From: a virus
Taxonomy: Duplodnaviria; Caudoviricetes
IMG/VR virus record: IMGVR_UViG_3300031910_000021
Location: 1-41,862 of that record
DNA length: 41,862 nucleotides
Direction: 5' to 3' (one strand)
Shown here: positions 26,146 to 34,036 of the stretch, in pieces
Layout of the letters: the number at the start of each line of letters is the position of its first letter
Numbering within the stretch: the stretch's first letter is position 1
Notes under the pieces: generated by a model
Seen by the model: the letters and a program-made list of their open reading frames with translations, nothing else
Told to the model about the DNA's origin: nothing
The model's database searches: none
Program-made: the position numbers and the translations under genes

Positions 26146-26909
26146 ACACCAAACCAAACCGACTTGCCGTTTTCCTTGCCGTGCCTGACCCGATCACGCC
26201 TAGCTGACTCGCCAACCCATGTCTCCCCCAGCCGACTCGCTCCGACAACCCTGACTACCCGACCCTGGCCGTGCCCGCTCAGGCCCTGCCGACTAGCCTC
26301 ACCCGTCCCGGCCCCGTCCTGCCAACCCTTGCCGTGCCGACACGCCTGCCCCAGCCATCCCTCGCCGTTACGGGCCTCGCCTAGCCGACTATCCCCGCCT
26401 TCCCGTGCCAAGCCGCTCCGACATCTCCGGCCCGACCCCCTCAAGCCAATCCGACCCGCCATCCCCGTTCTTTTCTCTCTCAGGCCCAGCCGACTCGCCA
26501 CGCCTCGTCCCCCCCTTCCCGGCCTACCCCACCCTGACCGACCCGCCAAGCCTGCTCCGACCCAGCCGCGCCCTCGCCAGACCTTGCCATGCCGACACTC
26601 CAGTCCCTGCCCCCCTTGCCCCGAACCACCCCAGCCGACTGCCCTTGCCGCATCACGCCGACCCAGGCCAGACCTCGCCAAGCCGACTCGCCCATCCCTG
26701 TCCACCCATCTCATCCCGACTTGCCGTCCCGCGCCACGCCCCGCCGAGTCTTATCCCGCCGAGTCATGCCGACTCGCCACGCCGCGCCGGCCCGTGCCGC
26801 GCCTCGCCTCGCCCCGCCAAACCGACCCACCAATCTCCTGCCCAGTCAACCCGTGCCCCGCCGACTCGCCTCGCCGTGTCATGCCCTGCCCTTGCCTCGC
26901 CTAGCTGAC
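26146..26909. ncRNA. Pentamer-periodic putative guide array 2: about 18 units of (NN-RCC)n-GAC
   Basis: Example units: tagcc tcacc cgtcc cggcc ccgtc ctgcc aaccc ttgcc gtgcc GAC acgcc tgccc cagcc atccc tcgcc gttac gggcc tcgcc tagcc GAC. ORFs here are low-complexity artefacts. Confidence 0.8.
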
Positions 26910-26914
26910 TAACC

Positions 26915-27271
26915 ATGACCTTTCGCGGCCCTCAGTACCTTTTCTGCGGCAGCCGCCTTACCTCAGACACCCTGATCCTCCGACTCCTTCTCACGGGCCT
27001 GAACTCCCAGGCCCGTGAATGGAGCGAGGTCATCACCATCCAGGACAATGGCACCCTGGAGGGGTTAGAACACGAGGTGAGCATGTTCCGCCACCTGAAG
27101 CACCAGGAAGTAGGGGAGTGGTCTGATCCCAACGTCGTACTGTGCTTCATGGACCGGATGTCCATGAACCGCGGTACTGAGCGTCTCCTGCAACGTGCTG
27201 AGACAGAGAAGCGCCCCTGGTTCGTGATTGGCAACGCCAGCGACCGGAGGCAATCCCCGGTGGAGGGTTAA
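26915..27271 (+). CDS. Hypothetical protein, SLOG/YspA-like
   Basis: YLFCGSR N-terminus; PNVVLCF...RGTERLLQRA...PWFVI. Confidence 0.5.
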   Translation: MTFRGPQYLFCGSRLTSDTLILRLLLTGLNSQAREWSEVITIQDNGTLEGLEHEVSMFRHLKHQEVGEWSDPNVVLCFMDRMSMNRGTERLLQRAETEKRPWFVIGNASDRRQSPVEG

Positions 27272-27301
27272 CGGTCACACCCCCTCTGTACCCTTAGCAG
27301 C

Positions 27302-27769
27302 ATGGCAACCAAGACCAAGACCAAGCCGAAGCTGGATCTCAAGGGCCTGCGCCAGGAGGTGCGCGAGTGGTACGCCCTCAAGCGTCAGGATGCCCTGCTG
27401 GCACCCAAGCTGAAGAGAGGCACCGACCGGTTCAAGGAACTCCTGGGAATATATGGAGAGAAGGATCCCTCAGACGGCTCTATTTATCTGGATCTGGAAG
27501 AGCCGATGGGGGACCAGCGCATCCAGTTCTTGAAGAACCTGTGCGTGGTGTCCAAGAACATCGACGTGGAGGTGGCCCAGGAAATCCTGGAGTCAAAGGG
27601 CATCTGGGAGGAGATGTCGGAAGAGATCCGCGTCCCCGATGAGAGCCGGATCGCCGCTGCCTATTACGACAACCGCCTCAACGATGACGAGTTCGCCCGC
27701 ATGTTCCCAGCAGTCACTTCATATCGCTTCTTCCTGTTGGACGAAGATCGGAAGCCAGTTCGGGCATGA
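27302..27769 (+). CDS. Hypothetical protein
   Basis: 155 aa; TACCCT -10-like box 7 nt before the ATG (leaderless geometry). Confidence 0.7.
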   Translation: MATKTKTKPKLDLKGLRQEVREWYALKRQDALLAPKLKRGTDRFKELLGIYGEKDPSDGSIYLDLEEPMGDQRIQFLKNLCVVSKNIDVEVAQEILESKGIWEEMSEEIRVPDESRIAAAYYDNRLNDDEFARMFPAVTSYRFFLLDEDRKPVRA

Positions 27770-28260
27770 CCGGGAGCGCCCTCTGCCGGCCCGACTACGA
27801 GCACGAACTCATGGCTGCCTTCGGCACCCTCCAGGATGAGTACTACCCCGGCTCCAAGCGCAAGCGCCGGGAGTCCCTGGAGATGCGCCAGGAGCGGGTC
27901 AAGGCCGAGAAGGCCCAGGCCAGGGAGGAAGAGTCCTGGGACGCCCACCCCCTGAAGAAGTGGGTCAAGGGCGTCGAGTATGAGATGTTCCCCATCGGTG
28001 CCCTGGCGAAGGCCCTGGGCCGCGACAGCAACACCCTCCGCGCCTGGATACGGAAGGGCTGGCTACCACGCAACACCTATCAGACCGCCCCGGTCGTTGG
28101 GTCCAGGGGTGACGCCGGTCGTCGCCTCTGGACTCGGCGGCAGATCGAAGGGATCGTCCGGATAGCGAAGGAGGAGGGCCTCCTGGATCCCAAGCCACCG
28201 CGCCTGGTGGAGACCGCCTTCACCAGGCGGGTGGTAGCGGCCTGGAGGTCGTGGCTATGA
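27766..28260 (+). CDS. MerR-like HTH DNA-binding protein
   Basis: FPIGALAKALGRDSNTLRAWIRKGWLP...RRLWTRRQI. Confidence 0.8.
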   Translation: MTGSALCRPDYEHELMAAFGTLQDEYYPGSKRKRRESLEMRQERVKAEKAQAREEESWDAHPLKKWVKGVEYEMFPIGALAKALGRDSNTLRAWIRKGWLPRNTYQTAPVVGSRGDAGRRLWTRRQIEGIVRIAKEEGLLDPKPPRLVETAFTRRVVAAWRSWL

Positions 28261-28655
28261 AGCTCTCCAAGAACATCCGCTACCTCGTGAGGGTCCGCGA
28301 TTACGAGACCGTCCACGTCGAGGTGGGAGCAGAGGCAGACCACCACGACATGGGCTGGAGCGATGAGGACTGGGCCGCACTGGGCGAGACCAGGGCCTCC
28401 TGGATCGACCAGCTAGAGCTACTGGTCATCACCGAAGTGGAGAGGCTAGCCCGAGAAGAACTGTCCCAGATCGCTCGATGGAGCGAGATCTCACCCAACA
28501 TTGCCGAAGACTTCCTGTCCTCTGCACCCCTGTCCCCTGTACCACCACATGCAAGGAGCCAACATGGCACAGCCAAGAAGGCTGGTTCGACCGCGACCAG
28601 CAGAAGAGTACGACGAAGCCCCTCCGGAGGAAGGACGCCGCCGTCTGCGGCGTGA
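28257..28655 (+). CDS. Hypothetical protein
   Basis: MKLSKNIRYLVRVRDYETVHVEV; ATGA coupling. Confidence 0.6.
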   Translation: MKLSKNIRYLVRVRDYETVHVEVGAEADHHDMGWSDEDWAALGETRASWIDQLELLVITEVERLAREELSQIARWSEISPNIAEDFLSSAPLSPVPPHARSQHGTAKKAGSTATSRRVRRSPSGGRTPPSAA

Positions 28656-29310
28656 GGAGCCGCCCTCCACCCTCCGATCCAACCGCCCCCATCCCTCCGA
28701 GCGCCGGCCTACCCGTGACGAAGCCGATGACGACCGCGGTCTGGCCGTCGCCAAGGGTTGGGGTGGCTACAAGCGCACCAAGGCCAACGCCCCCTCCCAG
28801 TGGACGAAGCTGTACAAGGTGCCCGACGAAGAGGGCCTGATCATGTTCCTGGAGGACGGCCCATATGCGTCATTTTTGATGCATTGGTGCGAGTGGATGC
28901 CCAGAGGCAGCCGGCTCAGCTATGTGTGCCTCCAGGAGGATTGCCCGCTCGACGGTGTCGATCCCAAGCCTGCGGCCCGCATCCGGTTCAACATCCTGGA
29001 CTGCGGTGGTGACACGCCCATCCTGGTGACGTTTGAGTGTGGTGTCTCGGTGACCGAGATGCTGGAAGAGTATTCTGAGGATGAATCCCTGAGTGGCCGG
29101 TACTTCGCCGTAGCCATGAAGGGACCGAAGAACTCCAAGCGCACTCAGATCCGCCCCGTAAAAATCCGTGACCTCAAAGAGGACTGGGATTTTGAAGCAT
29201 TGACCGAAGACGAGGTCGCCAAGTTTGACGACCGTCTTTGGGACGACACATCCCTCGACGTTGCTTCCAAGGCAGAGCTACAAAAAGTGGCCGATGCCTT
29301 CAACGAGTAA
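28564..29310 (+). CDS. Putative single-stranded DNA-binding protein (gp32-like)
   Basis: AAGGAG RBS; IMFLEDGPYASFLMHW...YVCL..DCPL; acidic C-terminus; upstream of the polymerase. Confidence 0.65.
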   Translation: MAQPRRLVRPRPAEEYDEAPPEEGRRRLRREEPPSTLRSNRPHPSERRPTRDEADDDRGLAVAKGWGGYKRTKANAPSQWTKLYKVPDEEGLIMFLEDGPYASFLMHWCEWMPRGSRLSYVCLQEDCPLDGVDPKPAARIRFNILDCGGDTPILVTFECGVSVTEMLEEYSEDESLSGRYFAVAMKGPKNSKRTQIRPVKIRDLKEDWDFEALTEDEVAKFDDRLWDDTSLDVASKAELQKVADAFNE

Positions 29311-29321
29311 GGGTCCGAACG

Positions 29322-31685
29322 ATGGTGCCGGCAAGGCCCGCCGTCGTGTCGGAAAGGGGAGGGGGCCGGTACCCGCCACCGGCCCCTTCCCTCAACATCC
29401 CGAAGTGTGACCTTGTCTGGATCACACCGGGACAGACTGCGGGGGACTGGAACTACGGGGGCGGGGCGCAACATCGGCGCTGCATCCTGCTCATCGACCA
29501 CGAAGGGGATCACGATACTGGCGAGGGGGAGCGGGACCGCAACGTGGTCAACCGCTCCAGGTACAAGTGGGGGGCACGCGGCTTCACCACCGAGCAGGTC
29601 TATCGATCCGAGACCATCAGGATCGAATGGGAGGCGCGGAACCGCCCCCAACCCATCAAGAAGCTCAAGGACTTCCACGAGTTTGAGTCCTGGGTGGAGG
29701 CCGGCTGCCCAGGTGTGCGCCGGCCCGTCGAGCGGGGCTGCGGCCCCATCGCCACCATTCGCACCATGGAGCAGCTAAGAGAAGTGGTGGAGATCTACTC
29801 GGCATTTTCCGAGTTCGCCTTCGACGTAGAGACCCGCGGTAGCCGGCGGGTTCGCATGCTGCAACCGGGTCGGAGAGTGCTATCGAGATACGCGGAACAG
29901 ACCTCGCCCTGCCTGGCCTGTGGCAACCCCATCTCTTCCAGGCGGCGGGCCTACTGCTCCGACCTATGCCGCAAGACGGCTGACAAGGACAAGCCGGCCC
30001 TCGACACCCGAACCAACGAGGTTTGGTGTCTATCCCTCGCCGGCCCAGGCGTGTCTCACGTCATACCCATGGGGCACCCCGACAAACGCCAGCAGCTACA
30101 TCGGGCCGATGTTTTTGAGGCCCTGCGCCCGTTGTTCTTCTCCAGCCGGCGCAAGATCAATCAGAACGTCGGGTTCGACTTGTTGAGCATCGCCAAGTAC
30201 TACGAGGGCAAGATCCCACCCCCGCCCTACGCCGACATCATGACCATGGTGTTCTTGATCAACGAGAACCTTCAGTCCTACCGGCTGGAGGCCCTCACCA
30301 AGCACTACCTGGGCTACAAGTACGCCGAGAAGTTGGGCGAGGAAGCGTACAACGTCGAGTGGAAGCGGGCCATGAGGTACTCGATCATCGACGCCAAGAT
30401 GGCCTGGATGCTGTGGTGGAAGCTCCACCACGTCCTGGAGGACAAGCCGAAACTGGGCAACCTCTTCCGCCTGGAGATGGACGTGCTTCGGGTACTACTC
30501 GCCATGAAGCAGACGGGGGCCTACGTCGACATCGAGGGGTTCCGGACCCTGAGGCCCCAGTTGGAGACCCAACTGGCTGAGGTCACCAGCACCATCCGCG
30601 ATCTCGGCTTCACGGGCAATCTCAACAGCACCCACCAGCTAGCCAGGTTCCTCTACGACGAGAAGAAGCTGCCCTGCCTGTGGATGACCGAGACCGGCCA
30701 GCGGTCCACCGCGGCCAAGGCCCTCAAGTCCCTGGCTCGCCGGCACCAGGAGCCGCGCAAGATCCTGGAGTACAAGGACGTGAACAAGCTGCTCAGCACC
30801 TATGTGGCCGGGTTCATCCCCACCATCGATGACGACAGCCGGATCAGGGCCAGCTTCAACCAGGCCGTTGCCCGAACGGGCAGACTCTCGTGCAGCGGTC
30901 CCAACCTCCAGAACATCCCAGCCAGGTACAAGGAGTCGGTCGAGGCCACCCTGATACGACAACTTTTCGTGGCCCCACCTGGCCGGCTACTCATCGTGGC
31001 CGACTACAGCCAGATCGAGCTACGCGTCCTGGCCCACATGACCAGGGACAAGATGCTGATGTACGCCTACACCCACGGTCTCGATCTCCACACCCAGACG
31101 GCCAGCCTGGTCTACCGGGTGCCCCAGGGCGATGTCAGCGTCGAACAGCGGGCCATCGCAAAAAACTGCAACTTCAACTTCGCTTTTGAGGGCGGATTTA
31201 CCAGGGTCATGGACATGTCAGGCATCGGTGAGGCACAGGCTCGCGCCGTCTACGACGCCTGGCACCGGGCCTACCCCGGTGTCAAGAGGTGGGGGGCCGT
31301 GACCAAGCGGTCCTGCCTCCAGCACGGCTATGTGGAGACCCTCTATGGGCGAAAAAGACGTTTGAAAGACATCTCTTCCCGAGACCCCAAGGACCGCAGC
31401 TATGCCGAGCGCCAGGCGGTCAATCATCCAGTACAAGGCACCGCGGCTGACCTGGCGAAGATCGCCATCGTCCGCGTCCACCAGGCCCTCCAGGAGTTCC
31501 ATGCCGATCTCGTGCTTCAGATCCATGACGAGTTCGTGATCGAGTGCGACGAGGGGGAGGTGGACGAGGCCATACCGTTTATCAGAGAGGCCATGGAGGA
31601 CATCCGCCTGGATGACCGGCCAGTCCTCGATGTACCCCTGGAGGTCACCATCGGGGTCGGTAAGAACTGGAGCGAGGCGAAATGA
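29322..31685 (+). CDS. polA: Family A DNA polymerase (3'-5' exonuclease plus polymerase); start uncertain
   Basis: ExoI FDVET, ExoII NVGFDL, ExoIII YSIID; TGRLSCSGPNLQNIP; motif A ADYSQIELR; motif B; motif C QIHDE. Confidence 0.95.
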   Translation: MVPARPAVVSERGGGRYPPPAPSLNIPKCDLVWITPGQTAGDWNYGGGAQHRRCILLIDHEGDHDTGEGERDRNVVNRSRYKWGARGFTTEQVYRSETIRIEWEARNRPQPIKKLKDFHEFESWVEAGCPGVRRPVERGCGPIATIRTMEQLREVVEIYSAFSEFAFDVETRGSRRVRMLQPGRRVLSRYAEQTSPCLACGNPISSRRRAYCSDLCRKTADKDKPALDTRTNEVWCLSLAGPGVSHVIPMGHPDKRQQLHRADVFEALRPLFFSSRRKINQNVGFDLLSIAKYYEGKIPPPPYADIMTMVFLINENLQSYRLEALTKHYLGYKYAEKLGEEAYNVEWKRAMRYSIIDAKMAWMLWWKLHHVLEDKPKLGNLFRLEMDVLRVLLAMKQTGAYVDIEGFRTLRPQLETQLAEVTSTIRDLGFTGNLNSTHQLARFLYDEKKLPCLWMTETGQRSTAAKALKSLARRHQEPRKILEYKDVNKLLSTYVAGFIPTIDDDSRIRASFNQAVARTGRLSCSGPNLQNIPARYKESVEATLIRQLFVAPPGRLLIVADYSQIELRVLAHMTRDKMLMYAYTHGLDLHTQTASLVYRVPQGDVSVEQRAIAKNCNFNFAFEGGFTRVMDMSGIGEAQARAVYDAWHRAYPGVKRWGAVTKRSCLQHGYVETLYGRKRRLKDISSRDPKDRSYAERQAVNHPVQGTAADLAKIAIVRVHQALQEFHADLVLQIHDEFVIECDEGEVDEAIPFIREAMEDIRLDDRPVLDVPLEVTIGVGKNWSEAK

Positions 31686-31882
31686 GCAAGATCTATTCAG
31701 TGCAGGGGAAGGAAGGCTTGCCACCTCACTTCATCCTGGCCGTCATGCCGCCTGAAGGCCAGACTCATCTGGAGAACTTGGTCAACAACCACCTCAGCCA
31801 GTGCGTCGCCTGCCAGGCGTGGAAAGAGCAGCACCCAGGCAGCACTTGGCGCAGATTCGTCAGCAGGAAGGCTTACTCATGA
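31682..31882 (+). CDS. Small hypothetical protein
   Basis: ATGA-coupled at both ends; HLSQCVAC. Confidence 0.5.
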   Translation: MSKIYSVQGKEGLPPHFILAVMPPEGQTHLENLVNNHLSQCVACQAWKEQHPGSTWRRFVSRKAYS

Positions 31883-32391
31883 GTGATGTCGGTTGGTGGG
31901 AGAGGGCACTGGGCGGTGCTGTCGGAAGGCCAGCGGCTCCCGCACCACCCTCAGTCACCACCAACGGCTACCCCCAGAAGGCAGTGCGCTGGCAACCCGA
32001 GTACCCCCCGACTGGGCCTCGCCAGGAGGTGACGGAGATGACCCAGCCGGGAGGCGATGCTGACGATAACTGGCGGCGGGTCAACCGCCAGGGATACATC
32101 GAGAAGGCCCCGGCCAGCCTGGGCACCAGCGGGCGCTGCCCTCACTGCAACGGCGGTAGCTTCTTCAGGCGCAAGGGTCCGATGGGCATCGAGGCCGCGC
32201 CACTCTGTGTCGACTGCGGGTACAACGGCGATCTCTTTGAGCAGTCAGGCACCCTGCTGAACGCCGTGGGCATGAAGTCGTCTGGGCCGGTCAAGTTCGC
32301 CCGCTCCGACAACCCCCGCGGTGACAGCCACTTTGAAACCGACCAATCCCTATCCGGCAGCAGTGAGTTCAGTTGGAGCAATGTGAGGTGA
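31879..32391 (+). CDS. Zinc-ribbon hypothetical protein
   Basis: MSDVGWWERAL...CPHCNGG...CVDCGY. Confidence 0.65.
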   Translation: MSDVGWWERALGGAVGRPAAPAPPSVTTNGYPQKAVRWQPEYPPTGPRQEVTEMTQPGGDADDNWRRVNRQGYIEKAPASLGTSGRCPHCNGGSFFRRKGPMGIEAAPLCVDCGYNGDLFEQSGTLLNAVGMKSSGPVKFARSDNPRGDSHFETDQSLSGSSEFSWSNVR

Positions 32392-32394
32392 TCC

Positions 32395-32646
32395 ATGCCA
32401 GGAGGCAAGTCCCCAGGACCGTCCGTTAAAAAACCCGATACCTACGAAGCTCTGAAAGACCAGGGTTATTCCAAGAGCAAGGCAGCGTCTATCGCCAACG
32501 CCCAGGCCCAGGGCAAAGGCCGGCGCAGCGCCATGGGCAGGGAGGCAGCCGAAACCCGCGAATCGGGGGCCAAGCCGATGAGCAAGAAGGGCGAGGCCAA
32601 GCCCCAGAAGGCCACCAAGGGCTACAACAAGAAGGAGAACCGCTGA
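32395..32646 (+). CDS. Small basic protein
   Basis: GAGGTG RBS; PGPSVK..DTYEALKDQGYSKSKAASIANA, a motif seen in actinobacterial small proteins. Confidence 0.65.
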   Translation: MPGGKSPGPSVKKPDTYEALKDQGYSKSKAASIANAQAQGKGRRSAMGREAAETRESGAKPMSKKGEAKPQKATKGYNKKENR

Positions 32647-32783
32647 TGGCTGAGAAGAAGGAACCCTTTGGCGGTAAGCGGGCCGCGCCTTTTGGCAAGG
32701 GCGGCAAGCGCGAGGAGAAGAAGGAAGAGCCGGCCAAGAAGGCCCCGGCCAAGAAGACGACGGCCAAGAGTGCCAAGAAGTGA
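32646..32783 (+). CDS. Lys/Ala-rich histone-like peptide (45 aa)
   Basis: MAEKKEPFGGKRAAPFGKGG...PAKKAPAKKTTAKSAKK; TGATG coupling. Confidence 0.55.
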   Translation: MAEKKEPFGGKRAAPFGKGGKREEKKEEPAKKAPAKKTTAKSAKK

Positions 32784-32952
32784 CGGGTACAACCCGGTCC
32801 TCCAGCACTATCAGGTGGAGATCCGCGGCAACAGCTACTACGTGATCGACACCGCCAACCGGGCCATCGTGGGTGGCCCGTTCCGCGACCGGATCACAGC
32901 CCAGGAGAAGGCTGACCAGCTAGAGCGAAGGAGGCCCAGTCGTGTCTTCTGA
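32770..32952 (+). CDS. Small hypothetical protein
   Basis: GTG 32770; YYVIDT...IVGGPF...AQEKADQL. Confidence 0.5.
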   Translation: MPRSDGYNPVLQHYQVEIRGNSYYVIDTANRAIVGGPFRDRITAQEKADQLERRRPSRVF

Positions 32953-34036
32953 CAGGAAGACCATCGAGGCAGTCATGGCCGAGATCAACAAGGAGATGGG
33001 GCCTGAGACCGTGGTCTGGGGCAGCCAGATCCGCTACTCGGACCTGCCCAGGATCACCACCGGGAGCTATGCCCTCGACACCGCCCTGGGCGGGGGCTGG
33101 CAGACCAATGCCTTCCACGAGCTATACGGCGACGAGAGTTCAGGCAAGACCACCTTGATCCTCAAGACCATCGCGGCCCAGCAGGCCCTCAACCCCGAGC
33201 ACATGACCTTCTGGGTGGCCGCGGAGGAGTTCGTGCCGGCCTGGGCCACCCTCCTGGGGTGCAACACCGACAAGATCCTGGTGATGCAGACCAACGTCTT
33301 AGAGGAAGCGTGCAACGCCGCTATCACGGTTCTAGAGAGCAGAACCGCGGACGTTCTAGTGATCGACTCCATGCCGGCGCTATCACCGATAAGCGAGGGC
33401 GAAGGCACCATGGACGACACCCAGGTAGGGCTAGCCGCCAGGCTTATCGGTAAGTTCTTCAGGAAGAGCTACACCGCGATGAAACGCTCCCTGGTAGAGG
33501 ATGATCGGGCCATAACCTGCTTCATTGTCAACCAGTGGCGTGAGCGCATCGGGATCATGTTCGGTGACCCCAGGACGACCCCAGGGGGACGGGCCAAGAA
33601 CTACTGGATGACATCCAGGGTGGAGCTTCGTAGGGACGACTGGCTCACTGAGGGGGACCGCAAGAACCAGCGCAAGGTGGGAATCACCATCAAGGCGCGG
33701 ACCGCGAAGAACAAGAGCTATCCCCCTGAGCGGGTGGCCGTCGTAGACTTCTACTTTGATCACAACGAGACCAGTGTCCCTCCTGGGAGCTACGACGGGG
33801 CCAAGGAGTTGGTCACCCTGGGCCTCAGCCTGGAAGTCTTCCAGGTCAAGGGGGCCTACTACCACTTCGGCGGTGAGTCCTGGCACGGACGTGCGGCCCT
33901 GGAGGAACAGTGCCGTTGGGATCTTTCCTTGCAGCAGAAGCTGCGAGATGCTATTAGTGACCAACTAACCAAGGGACGCCGTCCGGACGAGTCTCGCCCC
34001 TCCCCCCGGCGGCTGACAAGGCAGAAGGCGAAGTGA
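32942..34036 (+). CDS. recA: RecA-like recombinase
   Basis: TGSYALDTALGGG, ELYGDESSGKTT, VIDS, VGLAARL, NQWRERIG, TTPGGRA. Confidence 0.95.
   Translation: MSSDRKTIEAVMAEINKEMGPETVVWGSQIRYSDLPRITTGSYALDTALGGGWQTNAFHELYGDESSGKTTLILKTIAAQQALNPEHMTFWVAAEEFVPAWATLLGCNTDKILVMQTNVLEEACNAAITVLESRTADVLVIDSMPALSPISEGEGTMDDTQVGLAARLIGKFFRKSYTAMKRSLVEDDRAITCFIVNQWRERIGIMFGDPRTTPGGRAKNYWMTSRVELRRDDWLTEGDRKNQRKVGITIKARTAKNKSYPPERVAVVDFYFDHNETSVPPGSYDGAKELVTLGLSLEVFQVKGAYYHFGGESWHGRAALEEQCRWDLSLQQKLRDAISDQLTKGRRPDESRPSPRRLTRQKAK

Noticed and set aside
24131-26909. Canonical CRISPR array or simple microsatellite
   Set aside because: There are no identical 23-47 bp repeats with spacers, and the dinucleotides vary too much for slippage-derived satellite DNA.
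26098-26912. Several long overlapping ORFs on both strands over array 2
   Set aside because: They are open only because the C-rich repeat lacks stop codons; the translations are not protein-like.
29830-30000. Intein in PolA
   Set aside because: No C/S start with HN-C/S/T end; the insert is short and looks like a zinc finger.
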